This document shows positions 1 to 9,490 of a stretch of 49,340 nt of DNA, one piece after another; the first letter of the stretch is position 1; the number at the start of each line of letters is the position of its first letter. The notes below the pieces were generated by a model. The model was not told the origin of the DNA. It saw nothing but the letters and a program-made list of their open reading frames with translations, and ran no database searches. This DNA is from an uncultured Candidatus Saccharibacteria bacterium (GTDB lineage: Bacteria; Patescibacteriota; Saccharimonadia; Saccharimonadales; CAYUUR01), in assembly GCA_964448075.1 (NCBI GenBank), contig CAYUUR010000005.1:1-49340 (forward strand). The letters are read 5' to 3'. The translations under genes were made by a program, and so were the position numbers.

Positions 1-73
1 AAATAAGAAAAGGCGCCTCTGGTTCAATACAGTACCGTATACGCCTTTTACAGATAGTATTATAGGGTAAGCA

Positions 74-463
74 CTACTTTATTGTCAAGACTTTTTTGAG
101 TTTTGTTATAACTATAACTCGTTTGAATTTAGAAGAAGCACCGGCCATGAATTGACTAACGTAACCAACGGCTCGGCGTTGGTGAATCTTTACTCTACGC
201 AAGTCTATGACCACATTACCCGACTGATGCCCGGCTTTTCGCATATTGTTTTGAATGGTACGTGGGCTACTACCATCAGGGCTTTTTATCTCCCATTCTA
301 TACTTCCGATCTTCACGTCTGGTCCGCCATGACTGCCAGTTTCCAAAAAGTATACATTGCTACCAAAATGGTTGGCAAGGATTGCGGCAGCTGTTTCTTC
401 ATGAATCTTAGGACGAGGCTTCATATCTGCTGGGATTATGACGTTGTATTTCTTTCTGCTCAT
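74..463 (-). CDS. Small PD-(D/E)xK-type nuclease-like protein (restriction-endonuclease / CdiA-CT tRNase-like fold); function unproven
   Basis: 129-aa ORF. GGPDVKIGSIEWEIKSP fits a D...ExK nuclease core. It lies 10 nt downstream of the replication-relaxation gene. Confidence 0.4.
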   Translation of the reverse strand: MSRKKYNVIIPADMKPRPKIHEETAAAILANHFGSNVYFLETGSHGGPDVKIGSIEWEIKSPDGSSPRTIQNNMRKAGHQSGNVVIDLRRVKIHQRRAVGYVSQFMAGASSKFKRVIVITKLKKVLTIK

Positions 464-473
464 CTTGGGTAGA

Positions 474-1226
474 TTATATCACTGTATCGGGGGATAGCTC
501 GTTAAGATTTTCCAGCGTAGTAACACGTATAGTCAGATCAACATAGCTACTGTCTAGTTCTTTTGCGGCTATGTTTTGTGCGCTTCTCTTGGTTTTGGCA
601 GATCGGCAGATAAGTATGATGTGTGGGTGCGGCGTACCTGGTTTATGTTTTTGCCAGATACCAAGTTCTGCGAAGGCTATGTAGCGTTTTATGGTCTTTC
701 TGAGTGCCCAGAAACTGGCAGAATCTTCTAGGTAGTCCATGAAGTAATGTTGATTCATCTGGGTATCAAGAATCATGGCATCAGGTTTAGTTTTTGGAAC
801 GTAATTTTTATTCATCAGTTCGGTTTTGCTGAAGAATTTGAACCGCTTGGGATAAGTATTCTTGAAATGGATAAATACCTCAAAAACACTCAGCCTGTGA
901 GCTATCACGCTTGGCGTTGCACGTTTATCGTGGTAGATACTTCTGAGTGCTGATTCCTGTATGTACGACTGCTGGCGTAAGTATCTGACACCTTTAGGTA
1001 ATAAGTAATACGTGGCAGCCTGACCTTTAATCTTATAGCTACTGTCATAGTTCATACCAATGTATTCTTGATCTACTAGTATCTTTAGCCTGTCTGATAT
1101 AACACGTACATGGTTGGCGTTTTGGTTCTGGGCTAGTAACGAGGTAGTTATGAAGCGGAATTTATAAAGCGTGTTTAGGATAGCAAGTTGATGGTTGTTT
1201 AATGGTCGTCGGTATTTTGGTTGCAT
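474..1226 (-). CDS. Replication-relaxation family protein (plasmid/ICE-type winged-helix protein)
   Basis: 250 aa. The N-terminal LNNHQLAILNTLYKFRFITTSLL...RLKILVDQEYI pattern is typical of Replic_Relax proteins. A GGGAG SD sits upstream of the ATG at 1224-1226. Confidence 0.55.
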   Translation of the reverse strand: MQPKYRRPLNNHQLAILNTLYKFRFITTSLLAQNQNANHVRVISDRLKILVDQEYIGMNYDSSYKIKGQAATYYLLPKGVRYLRQQSYIQESALRSIYHDKRATPSVIAHRLSVFEVFIHFKNTYPKRFKFFSKTELMNKNYVPKTKPDAMILDTQMNQHYFMDYLEDSASFWALRKTIKRYIAFAELGIWQKHKPGTPHPHIILICRSAKTKRSAQNIAAKELDSSYVDLTIRVTTLENLNELSPDTVI

Positions 1227-1238
1227 AGTTAACTACTC

Positions 1239-1255
1239 CCTATACGTAGTATAGG
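1239..1255. promoter_or_regulatory. Perfect palindrome CCTATAC-GTA-GTATAGG (candidate operator) upstream of the replication-relaxation gene
   Basis: 7-bp arms with a 3-nt spacer, read directly. It lies in the divergent intergenic region between 474-1226(-) and 1524-3233(+). Confidence 0.3.
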
Positions 1256-1523
1256 TAATTATACAACAAAAGATTATAAATATAACAGATAAGAATATAG
1301 CATATAGATATCCTAACGATAAGATATCCACAGGTTTATCTGAAATAGCTCAATTTTATTCTTGCACTATCGCTATTATCCATAGTATACTATAGCTATA
1401 ATCAATAGTTCTATGAGGGTATCATGGTAAACAATGGCGAAGCAATCACAGCAGCAGACGAGGAGGAACGCCTTGAACTGCTGGCAGATATCTTGCTGGA
1501 ACTTGCCCTAGAGGAAGGTCAGC

Positions 1524-3233
1524 ATGAACCCGCAAGCTAACCAAAACGCCGTTGCGGCTATTAGGGTCTCAACCACCAAACAGGGCCGTGATGGCGACTC
1601 TCCTGAAGCCCAGAAAGAGCAAATTGAGCGGTTTGCACTGAATAAAGGTATCACCATTAAAAAGTTCTTTGTCTTTATGGAATCAGCCAGCAAAGAGCAA
1701 CAACCTATGCAGGAAGCCATAGATTACTGTAAGAACAAGAAAAACAAGGTTGACCTGTTTATTATCAAGTCAATTGACCGTTTTACCCGTGGCGGCTCAC
1801 TCTCCTACGATCTGCTCAAAACCCAGCTCGATAGTTGCGGTATTACATTGGTCGATACTTACGGCGTAATCAGCCAAGAGCAAGTCAACACCCTTGAACA
1901 TCTTGGGCACAGTTATAAGTGGAGTACCTACTCACCGAGCCGTAAGTCCGAGATGCTAGAAGCCGAACGCTCTAAAGATGAAGTCAGAGATATTTTAAGC
2001 CGTGTCATAGGTGCTGAAATCCGCTACACCCAAATGGGCTACTATATGCGCCGTCCGCCTTACGGTTTTATAAGCGAGAAAGTAGAAACCCAGCACGGCA
2101 AACGTACAATCTTAAAACCACACCCTGAAGAATCCAAATTTATTACTAAGCTATTCGAGCTAAGAGCCAGCCGACAGTTTACCGACAAAGAAATAGCTAC
2201 CAAACTTAACGACATGGGCTATCGAGGCCGCACGCAGTACCGTCGATCCAAAACAGACCGCAGTCGTATTGTTGGACAGACTGAGGGTGTGTTACTTGAT
2301 GAGAAGAAGCTTTGGAGGATCGTCAGAAACCCAATCTATACAGGTATTATAGTTGAGAAGTGGACAAAGTATCAGCCAGTCAAAGCTATGTTTGACGGTC
2401 TAGTGTCAGTTGAGCTATTTAACCGAGCTAACAGGGGCAAACGAACCATTATTGAAATGCCCGGCAACAAAATCGCCATCACTGACAATGTTGCCGAGAG
2501 AAACGCCACACCACAAGGTACGCGCAACAACGATTTCGCTTTTAAGCATTACGTCATGTGTCCGCAGTGCAACAAGCCGCTGTCAGGTAGCGCCTCACGT
2601 GGTAAAACCGGTAAATACTATTCGTATTATCACTGTGATAAACGAGGACATAAGTTCAGGGTTAGCAAGGAAGAGCTGGAAGCTAATATATACAGCTTCA
2701 TAGACGGTATGACATTCTCACAGGAGCGCATTGATGCAGTATTTGCTATCGTCCGCAAGAAATACGAGCAACATATAGCCACCTACGAGGCTCAGTCAGC
2801 GGCACTTGATGGACAAATCACCGCTCTTGAAACTAAAGCCAGAGAACTCACCAGAAGCTTCGCAACCATCGCCTCATCAGCTCAGAAATACGTCAATGAG
2901 GAGCTAGAGGATATAGATAGACAAATTAAGCGCTTAGCGCTGGAAAGGACAAACATGGAAAGTAAAAAACCTATGGATATAGACACTGTTTTAGAAAGAA
3001 TCAAAAAGTTTTCCGAAAACATTGGTCAGGCTATATCCCAACAGGGGAACAACATCAAAAAAGCCCAGCTTTTCGGGCTATTATTCAAAACTCTGCCAAC
3101 CTACAACGATTTACGTTTCCGAAACCGAAAAACACCCCTTTTTACAGGGGTGCATCCGATCTTTAGCCTACTCGCTGGCGATAATCTACATTTGGTGACC
3201 TCAAGGGGAATCGAACCCCTATTGCCAGGATGA
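1524..3233 (+). CDS. Large serine recombinase (integrase)
   Basis: Resolvase-type N-terminus with the AIRVSTTKQ catalytic-Ser motif, a recombinase domain, a zinc ribbon (CPQC...YYHCDKRGH) and a coiled-coil tail. A GAGGAAGG SD precedes the ATG. The last 41 nt are antisense to tRNA-Glu. Confidence 0.9.
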   Translation: MNPQANQNAVAAIRVSTTKQGRDGDSPEAQKEQIERFALNKGITIKKFFVFMESASKEQQPMQEAIDYCKNKKNKVDLFIIKSIDRFTRGGSLSYDLLKTQLDSCGITLVDTYGVISQEQVNTLEHLGHSYKWSTYSPSRKSEMLEAERSKDEVRDILSRVIGAEIRYTQMGYYMRRPPYGFISEKVETQHGKRTILKPHPEESKFITKLFELRASRQFTDKEIATKLNDMGYRGRTQYRRSKTDRSRIVGQTEGVLLDEKKLWRIVRNPIYTGIIVEKWTKYQPVKAMFDGLVSVELFNRANRGKRTIIEMPGNKIAITDNVAERNATPQGTRNNDFAFKHYVMCPQCNKPLSGSASRGKTGKYYSYYHCDKRGHKFRVSKEELEANIYSFIDGMTFSQERIDAVFAIVRKKYEQHIATYEAQSAALDGQITALETKARELTRSFATIASSAQKYVNEELEDIDRQIKRLALERTNMESKKPMDIDTVLERIKKFSENIGQAISQQGNNIKKAQLFGLLFKTLPTYNDLRFRNRKTPLFTGVHPIFSLLAGDNLHLVTSRGIEPLLPG

Positions 3234-3267
3234 AAACCTGGTGTCCTAACCGTTAGACGATGAGGCC
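3193..3267 (-). tRNA. tRNA-Glu (anticodon UUC), CCA encoded
   Basis: Manual cloverleaf: acceptor GGCCTCA/TGAGGTC, D arm GTCT-AACGGTTA-GGAC, anticodon arm CCAGG-TTTTCAT-CCTGG, T arm AGGGG-TTCGATT-CCCCT, discriminator A plus CCA. 75 nt. Confidence 0.9.
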
Positions 3268-3421
3268 TCGAGTGAGGAACAGTGATTTTGGGTTTACATA
3301 AAATCATGTTTTGAGCGAGAGGTCGCACAAGCAAAGCTTGGGAGGCCAAAGCGCTGGCATGAGTTGAACAGTTGTAGCACCTTTTACAACCGACAAATTG
3401 TACCATAACAGAGAGGAAATG

Positions 3422-3452
3422 AAAACCCCCGGCCATATTGATCGGGGGTTTT
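3422..3452. terminator. Bidirectional intrinsic terminator downstream of the LPXTG gene
   Basis: AAAA-CCCCCG-(11 nt)-CGGGGG-TTTT hairpin, flanked by an A-run and a T-run. Confidence 0.6.
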
Positions 3453-3540
3453 CTGTTAGATCCTGAGCGGTCAGTCATGCTCTATTTCTAGTGGTATCCT
3501 AGCACGAATTTGACATTTGCGCTAGTGGTTATCCACAGCT

Positions 3541-5181
3541 TTATCCGTTGCGTCGGGTAAGGACGAATCGGTAAGCCATAGTTGCGCCAACTGATACCGC
3601 TGCAAAGATAGCTGCTAGATCACCAGGACCAGTGTCAGGCAAAGCCGTTGCTGTTACTGGAGTAACAGGCGCTTCCTTACACTCTGGGCTGTCTTTTGGC
3701 AGATGTTCTTTGCCAGGGACTACACAGTTGTCCTTTGGTGTTTCTGCGCTGACTGTTACAAGGCAGTTATTGCCGGTAACAACTCGCTCTTCGCCATCAA
3801 CCATGAAGGTGATAGTTGCACGAGTAACGTATGTGCCGTCAGCAGCATACTGGTGCTCTACTGTCATCTTGTCAGTTACAAGTGGTGTCGCGTCATCACC
3901 AAAGTCATATCGTACAGTCTTGAGTTCTGCGTCTTGTGCAGTGTAGTCGAGTTCGTAACGGAAGCTACGGCTACCGAGTGCAACTGCAGTTAATGCGTCA
4001 CAACTTACAACTGGTTGTGGTGGGTTACAGTCTTCGATAACTACTACCGCGTCATCATTTTGCTCAGGAACATTAGTTGCACGAGCGTAAGCAACGTTGC
4101 GGGCTTCACAGTCGGTCAGGTCACCATTCTTGACGATTGCGTCAAAGTAGATCTGGCCAACGCCGTTCACACCATAGTTACCAACAGTTACACCGGCAGG
4201 GGCAAACAGTAGGTCATCACGGACAGGTGTACCGTTTGGACGGTTCGTATCAACCCATTCAACTGTTCCTGGTACGAGTTCTACATTGTTAGGGAGCTGA
4301 TCGCGCAACACGATGTTGTTGGCGACAGTGCTTCCAGTGTTCTTGAATTCGATCAAGTACTGTACACGCTCACCCTTACGAGCGACAACGCGGTCGCGCC
4401 ATTGGCTACTGTTCTCACCTTGCTTTCGCACGAGCTTGTCGAGCGTAAGGTCAGGTGCGGCAACTTTAACCTTTACATATACGTATGCTGAGAATTCAAA
4501 ACAGCCAGGCAGATTGCCATTCATCTGGTCGTAGCCAACAGGCGTACCGGTTGCAGACACGATAGCGTCTGGTAGTGCAAGACCATTCTGATGTGCAGGG
4601 TTATAGATCTTGGCAGATCCTGGAACGTACTGCACGCTAAATGCGCGGCTCTGGTTAGCAAGTGTTGCACTATCCCATACAGTTGCAGGTGTAGCATTGC
4701 TTGCGCTGACATATGACATAACGTCTACGCCATTAGAAACACCTTCGGCAATCGCCACGCGCACCTTGGTGTCTTTGGCAACACCAACGCCATCGTTAGT
4801 TGTTTGGTTAGCGTTGTTGTGTACAAAAGTTCGTACCCAGTACTCTTTGCCAGCTTGAGCGTTCTTGGTCTCACCAAAGTCAGCTTCAACTGGGCTTTGG
4901 CCGGCAACTACTTCTGCAACACGCGTAAAGTTACGCTCGTCACCATAGGTAGGTGTGTTTACAAATGAGTTGAACACAGGGCCTTCAAGTGATCCACAGC
5001 GGTCATACTTGTCGTCATCATTTGGGTTACACGCTTTGGTGTAGTCATATGTTGGGCGCTCAGGACCAAAGCCTGCAAGCGCGACAACCGGCAATGTCAG
5101 CAGAACAGCTGCAGCCATAGGCACGGTGATTTTCTTTGGAAGGTTTTTGATTTTGTTCAGTAGTGTAGTTAATTTCATCAT
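3541..5181 (-). CDS. LPXTG cell-wall-anchored surface protein with DUF11-like and PKD-like modules
   Basis: N-terminal signal peptide. The C-terminus has LPDTG, a hydrophobic helix and an RRNG tail (sortase signal). GERVQYLIEFKNTGSTVANNIVLRDQLP is DUF11-like. VRYDFGDD...HQYAADGTYV is PKD-like. A GGAG SD is present. Confidence 0.85.
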   Translation of the reverse strand: MMKLTTLLNKIKNLPKKITVPMAAAVLLTLPVVALAGFGPERPTYDYTKACNPNDDDKYDRCGSLEGPVFNSFVNTPTYGDERNFTRVAEVVAGQSPVEADFGETKNAQAGKEYWVRTFVHNNANQTTNDGVGVAKDTKVRVAIAEGVSNGVDVMSYVSASNATPATVWDSATLANQSRAFSVQYVPGSAKIYNPAHQNGLALPDAIVSATGTPVGYDQMNGNLPGCFEFSAYVYVKVKVAAPDLTLDKLVRKQGENSSQWRDRVVARKGERVQYLIEFKNTGSTVANNIVLRDQLPNNVELVPGTVEWVDTNRPNGTPVRDDLLFAPAGVTVGNYGVNGVGQIYFDAIVKNGDLTDCEARNVAYARATNVPEQNDDAVVVIEDCNPPQPVVSCDALTAVALGSRSFRYELDYTAQDAELKTVRYDFGDDATPLVTDKMTVEHQYAADGTYVTRATITFMVDGEERVVTGNNCLVTVSAETPKDNCVVPGKEHLPKDSPECKEAPVTPVTATALPDTGPGDLAAIFAAVSVGATMAYRFVLTRRNG

Positions 5182-5194
5182 ATATCTCCGTTAT

Positions 5195-6196
5195 TTACCT
5201 TCGTGGCAGATCGCTGGTTGGCGGGGTTGTTGGGTCTGGGTTGTCTTCAATAGTACTTGGTGTAGGTTCAGGCTCCTCAGGAGTTGGCGGTGCAATCGTT
5301 GGCTCAGGTCCGCTTGGAATTGGCTTTTCAACTGTCGTGCTTGGTCCGCCTTCAACTGGCGGTACTGCGTTCTTTGGTACGACAGGCTTGGTCGTTGTAG
5401 TCGAGCCTTGCGGTGGCTGAGTCGTGCCAGTAGTGCCCGTGGTGCCTGGGTTTGATGGCTTGGTCGTTTCTGTCGGAGGAGTTGGCTCTTCTGGCAAGTG
5501 TGGCACACCAGGGAACTCAATCAAGCTTACTGGCTGGAAGCCACAATCAAGCTTGAGATACTTTACGCGTCCGTCAGGGAAGGTAAACTTCAGCAAGGTC
5601 TTGTCTGTCATGTCTTCTTTGCTCTGGTAAATGCCAGGGCGGCCGTCGTTTTGATTCGCAATAGCGTACTGCGTGTAATAATCGCCACCTTCGGTCACAA
5701 GCTCAAGTTCAGCATTACTCAGATCAGCCACAAACCAGAGGGCATCATCGTTCCACTTAGTCTGGTCATTCATAAGAGCAACCATTTCACCGTCACGGCC
5801 AGCTGGGTCAGATGGTGCTGTCAGTTCAAAGTGTTCGTTCAGACCAACAAGCAGCATTGGATCTGCTTTGTCGTCTTCTGAAGAACAGACTCGTTCAATC
5901 AGTTCACCAAAGGCGCGGTTGGCGTCTTGGTATGCTGCTTCACTCGCCGCAGGGCCAAAACGGTTGCCAGTAGCTTCGTTAGCATAAAAACGCGTTTCTA
6001 GATTTGTAACACATGCTTCTGAATCAACGACGTCGTCTGCTTCTGCAACCGGTCTGCGTGGTTCGTCTTCCATTCCAGGTGCTAGCGCGTAGGCAGTAGC
6101 ACAGGCGGCTACAGCAACAACACCAGCGATAGCGCTGTTTCTTAGTACATGAGATTTTTCTTGTGTAGCAATAGATTGCTCGGGCATATTATTCAC
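5195..6196 (-). CDS. Membrane-anchored protein with a Pro/Thr-rich C-terminal low-complexity tail
   Basis: 333 aa with one N-terminal TM segment (AIAGVVAVAACATAYALA). The C-terminal ~100 aa are PT-rich. A strong GGAGGTG SD is present. It lies 13 nt upstream of the LPXTG gene, so the two are probably co-transcribed. Confidence 0.6.
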   Translation of the reverse strand: MNNMPEQSIATQEKSHVLRNSAIAGVVAVAACATAYALAPGMEDEPRRPVAEADDVVDSEACVTNLETRFYANEATGNRFGPAASEAAYQDANRAFGELIERVCSSEDDKADPMLLVGLNEHFELTAPSDPAGRDGEMVALMNDQTKWNDDALWFVADLSNAELELVTEGGDYYTQYAIANQNDGRPGIYQSKEDMTDKTLLKFTFPDGRVKYLKLDCGFQPVSLIEFPGVPHLPEEPTPPTETTKPSNPGTTGTTGTTQPPQGSTTTTKPVVPKNAVPPVEGGPSTTVEKPIPSGPEPTIAPPTPEEPEPTPSTIEDNPDPTTPPTSDLPRR

Positions 6197-6312
6197 CTCC
6201 CTAAATTAGTGTGAATTACATTCCCCTAGAGTTTACCATAAGCTTGCAATTATGTCAATGTTTCTACAGGTCGGAATTTAAAACAGTGCACAATCGCCAG
6301 ATGACTTCGGTA

Positions 6313-8529
6313 CTACTGTTGTTTTGTAGATTTTTCTGTCGCTTTTGCCATGGTGACAGCTTGCAGTTTTGCCTTAGGGAAGCTGAAACCAAACGTGCTG
6401 CCGTTACCCTCTTGACTCTTAAATATGACCGATCCACCTTGCGCCACAATCACCTTCTTTGCCATAAACAGCCCCAGCCCAGTACCATCTGGACGAGCCT
6501 TCTTGGCATTACCGGCACGATAAAACTTACTAAATAGGTGATGCTGCTCGGCCTTTGGTACACCAATACCGTCATCAACCACTGTGTATTCAATGGCACT
6601 ACCTTTGTCTTCAAGGTTGATCGTAATGTGCCCGCCCGCCGGGGTGTAATAGATAGCGTTATCTATAAAGTTCATAATAACCTGGCGTGTCTTGGTTTCA
6701 TCCAGATTAAGCGTCGGGAAGTCTTTGGGCTTATGGTAGCTCAACGTCAAATCACGACCCTTAGCGGTCTCTACAAGCTGCGTGACTTCACCCTCAATCA
6801 CGTCCGCTAGATTGGTTGGCTTAGCCTCAATCACAAACTTACCAGTACGCAAGCGTGACACGTTCAGCAGGTCGGCAATCAGATAAACCATTCGTTGTGA
6901 GCTAATGAAGGCCTGGTCAAGCAGTTTCTGCTGCTGCTTTGACACTTTGCCAGCATCACCATCAAGCACCATACTCACATATCCCTTGACGCTCGTAAGT
7001 GGTGTTCGTAGCTGGTGGGACGCCATACTAATGAACTCGTCCTTGGTTTCATCCAACGCCTTAAGCTTCTCATTCGTCCGGCGCAACTTCCGCGTAGCGT
7101 CATCGACTTTCGCCTGTAGAGTGACATTGAATTGTTTAATTTCTTCATACTGTAGAGCATTTTGAACAGCAATTGCTAGTTCATTGGATGTAATCTCGAG
7201 CATATTTGTATCTTGACTATTGAATAGATTGCCACTTTTCTTATACCCTATAAAAACATAACCGATGTTTCTTTTTGTTGCCTCAGATTTCATCGCAATC
7301 GCCATGCTTATATTTAGTTTCCTCATCTTTTCCTTTAAAACCTTCTTATCGTCAAGTTCGTCCTGTTTAACAACCCGAGACTCGTGGCTTTTCATCAAGC
7401 TCTCCATCTCTCTTATATCTATCGAATTTGAGGTCGCATCTCCTGTACTAACAATGTATGGGCTGGATGAATTATTCGAGTTGATGGCAAACAGGCAGAA
7501 CTCGACCTTTATATACTTCTCGATAACCGCCCCCGACACGGATAGCAGATGACGCAAGTCAATGGTTGAAACAATCGCCTGGTTAAATTCGTTCAGAAGA
7601 TCTTGAGAGTCATAAGCGTCTTGGTAAAATAGCTGGTTGCTTTTCCGATTAAAATACTTCAGAAGAGGATTGAAGGTAAACGACAAAACTATAGCCAGCA
7701 CAGCGTATACAATAGGTGCATACTTTGCGCTGTCTGAAAACAATCTTATGGCTTGATCCGCAAAAACAAACACAAAAATGCCTACCATCAGCCCAATACT
7801 GAGCGTCGATAAAATGTAACCGACGGAGCGCGCCACCAAAAAACGAATATCAAAGAAACGGTGCTTAATAATCGCATATGCCACCAGAATAGAGAATATC
7901 AGTACGGCGAAATTGCCCAAAAGTAGCAATATTGAATCCGCCTGAACAATCCGTAAAAGAACTATTCCTGTAACTGCATTTGTCACTCCAACAATAAGTG
8001 TTGCGATTAGCATAATTTTTAACTGGTTCTTTTCGTTAACTTCACGTGTTCTTTTATATTTCTTGATCAGGACGACTAAGCTCAAGAAAACCAATGCAAG
8101 ACTCATTAGATCTGAAAAGTCATATAACGGACCAACATCAACCGGTAAAACTCCGTAGTCGAGAATCTCAACGCTTATTACGTTCAATTTCGTTAACGCC
8201 AAAGCCGAAAACAGTCCGTAGAGCGATCCGACTATAATCTGCTTCCGCCTGTTGACACTACTGGTGTACGGAAAGACAAGGACAAGGTAATAGAGCATTA
8301 GTGGGACAAGCTGTCCAAACATTAACGCAAATCGTAAAGCCCAGAGGGCAACAATTTCCTGTGATGTGGTATCGCTAATGAATAGCAAAGTGAGCCATAA
8401 GCTGGATATTAGGTTAAACGCTGCAAAGATTCGATTCTTAAGCCTTTTTGGGTCGTTTAAGAAAACGGCGAGCCCGATAAGGATCAATCCGATTATGGCA
8501 GGTATATAGGCAATTATCTTAAGAATCAT
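6313..8529 (-). CDS. Sensor histidine kinase with an N-terminal multi-pass (7TM-type) membrane domain
   Basis: H-box MASHQLRTPLTSVKGY, N-box NFIDNAIYYTP, G1 DDGIGVP, G2 GTGLGL. About 7 hydrophobic helices lie in the first ~300 aa. Confidence 0.9.
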   Translation of the reverse strand: MILKIIAYIPAIIGLILIGLAVFLNDPKRLKNRIFAAFNLISSLWLTLLFISDTTSQEIVALWALRFALMFGQLVPLMLYYLVLVFPYTSSVNRRKQIIVGSLYGLFSALALTKLNVISVEILDYGVLPVDVGPLYDFSDLMSLALVFLSLVVLIKKYKRTREVNEKNQLKIMLIATLIVGVTNAVTGIVLLRIVQADSILLLLGNFAVLIFSILVAYAIIKHRFFDIRFLVARSVGYILSTLSIGLMVGIFVFVFADQAIRLFSDSAKYAPIVYAVLAIVLSFTFNPLLKYFNRKSNQLFYQDAYDSQDLLNEFNQAIVSTIDLRHLLSVSGAVIEKYIKVEFCLFAINSNNSSSPYIVSTGDATSNSIDIREMESLMKSHESRVVKQDELDDKKVLKEKMRKLNISMAIAMKSEATKRNIGYVFIGYKKSGNLFNSQDTNMLEITSNELAIAVQNALQYEEIKQFNVTLQAKVDDATRKLRRTNEKLKALDETKDEFISMASHQLRTPLTSVKGYVSMVLDGDAGKVSKQQQKLLDQAFISSQRMVYLIADLLNVSRLRTGKFVIEAKPTNLADVIEGEVTQLVETAKGRDLTLSYHKPKDFPTLNLDETKTRQVIMNFIDNAIYYTPAGGHITINLEDKGSAIEYTVVDDGIGVPKAEQHHLFSKFYRAGNAKKARPDGTGLGLFMAKKVIVAQGGSVIFKSQEGNGSTFGFSFPKAKLQAVTMAKATEKSTKQQ

Positions 8530-8588
8530 CTTTGTTTTTCGTTGTTTTTACAAAGTTATTGTATCATGAGTGACTAAAGGTTTACACA

Positions 8589-9488
8589 ATGCAAATACAG
8601 AGAATTCCTGTGTTCCCAAATTTTTCAAAGCTTGATATTGCTCATCAAGAAGAGTTTGATCGACTGAGTAAAGATTTTGAACCATATGCAGAATTCAGCT
8701 TTCCTTGTCTTTTTTGCTGGGATACTGACGGAAGTACTCAATTATCGGTGTTGAACGGCAACCTGGTAATACGAATGCCTGACTATATTACTGGGGAGCC
8801 ATTTTACTCATTAATTGGTACGTCTATGATTGATGAATCTATGAATCAACTTCTTTCGATTACAGACTCTTTAAAACTAGTCCCAGAGGTAACAATCGAT
8901 CATATCAAGCGAGCTGAGAACTTTGTTGTTACGGCCGATCGTGATCAATTTGACTATATATATTCACTTGATCAGTTAGTCAACTTACCTGGGGCACACT
9001 TCAAGGGTCGCCGAAACAAAAAGGGCCGATTCGTCAAGGTTTACGAAGATCAGCTGCATATCAGTAAGATCAAATTTGGGTCGTCCGAAACCATACCTCA
9101 ACTTCTCAATGTATTTGATCGATGGGCTAAACAACGCGGTAGGTCAATCAGTGAAGCCAGTCACGAGCGCTTGGCGCTATCACGGTTACTGACTGAGTCA
9201 ACACGATTCAACTTAATTGGAATAGTCGTTGAGGTTGATGACGAAATTGTAGGATTTTCAATAAACGAGATTGTTCAAAAAAATTACGCCGTATGCCGAT
9301 TTCAAAAATCACTACTAGACATAGATCACTTGGACGCTTTTCTTTCAAACCTTGTTGCTGTTGAGTTAAAACACTACGGCTGCGATCTGATAAGCTGGGA
9401 GCAAGATCTTGGAATAGAAGGGTTGAGGCAATTTAAAGAGTCGTATAAGCCTGTTATGTTTCTTAAAAAATACACGGTTACAAAGTAG
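8589..9488 (+). CDS. DUF2156 / LPG_synthase_C-like protein (tandem GNAT fold, putative aminoacyl-tRNA-dependent transferase)
   Basis: 299 aa. The N-terminal pattern FSKLDIAHQEEFDRL...FSFPCLFCWD resembles stand-alone DUF2156 proteins. It is a paralog of 13018-13980. Confidence 0.5.
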   Translation: MQIQRIPVFPNFSKLDIAHQEEFDRLSKDFEPYAEFSFPCLFCWDTDGSTQLSVLNGNLVIRMPDYITGEPFYSLIGTSMIDESMNQLLSITDSLKLVPEVTIDHIKRAENFVVTADRDQFDYIYSLDQLVNLPGAHFKGRRNKKGRFVKVYEDQLHISKIKFGSSETIPQLLNVFDRWAKQRGRSISEASHERLALSRLLTESTRFNLIGIVVEVDDEIVGFSINEIVQKNYAVCRFQKSLLDIDHLDAFLSNLVAVELKHYGCDLISWEQDLGIEGLRQFKESYKPVMFLKKYTVTK

Positions 9489-9490
9489 TC

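Larger units (their letters stand above)
1..3233. mobile_element. Terminal segment of an integrated element inserted at the 3' end of tRNA-Glu (left boundary outside window)
   Basis: A nuclease-like ORF, a replication-relaxation ORF and a large serine recombinase lie directly beside the tRNA 3' end. The recombinase ORF runs 41 nt into the tRNA on the opposite strand. The divergent control region 1227-1523 is AT-rich and contains palindromes. Confidence 0.55.

Noticed and set aside
152-472. 106-aa plus-strand ORF, and many similar 60-170-aa ORFs on the track (for example 747-953, 2410-2703, 3632-4858, 6538-7552, 16766-23737, 25287-25787, 37662-38168, 38782-39279)
   Set aside because: All of them lie antisense to, or out of frame within, longer ORFs that carry clear family motifs. 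They show low-complexity or Cys/Arg-rich composition typical of shadow frames, and none has its own SD or promoter.
1306-1329. Two copies of AGATATCC 16 nt apart (iteron-like) in the element's divergent control region
   Set aside because: There are only two short copies in AT-rich DNA. This is insufficient to call an origin or iteron array.
1424-1540. 38-aa acidic ORF (MVNNGEAITAADEEERLELLADILLELALEEGQHEPAS) overlapping the recombinase start, possibly an excisionase/RDF
   Set aside because: It is too short and has no recognisable motif or SD. I cannot support it as a gene from sequence alone. It is worth checking only if the element proves active.
3101-3478. 125-aa minus-strand ORF spanning tRNA-Glu
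   Set aside because: It reads through the tRNA gene and the terminator hairpin. The tRNA and the recombinase explain the region.
5126-5520. Two 109-aa ORFs (both strands) over the Pro/Thr-rich tail of 5195-6196
   Set aside because: They are alternative-frame artefacts of a compositionally biased, repetitive coding region.
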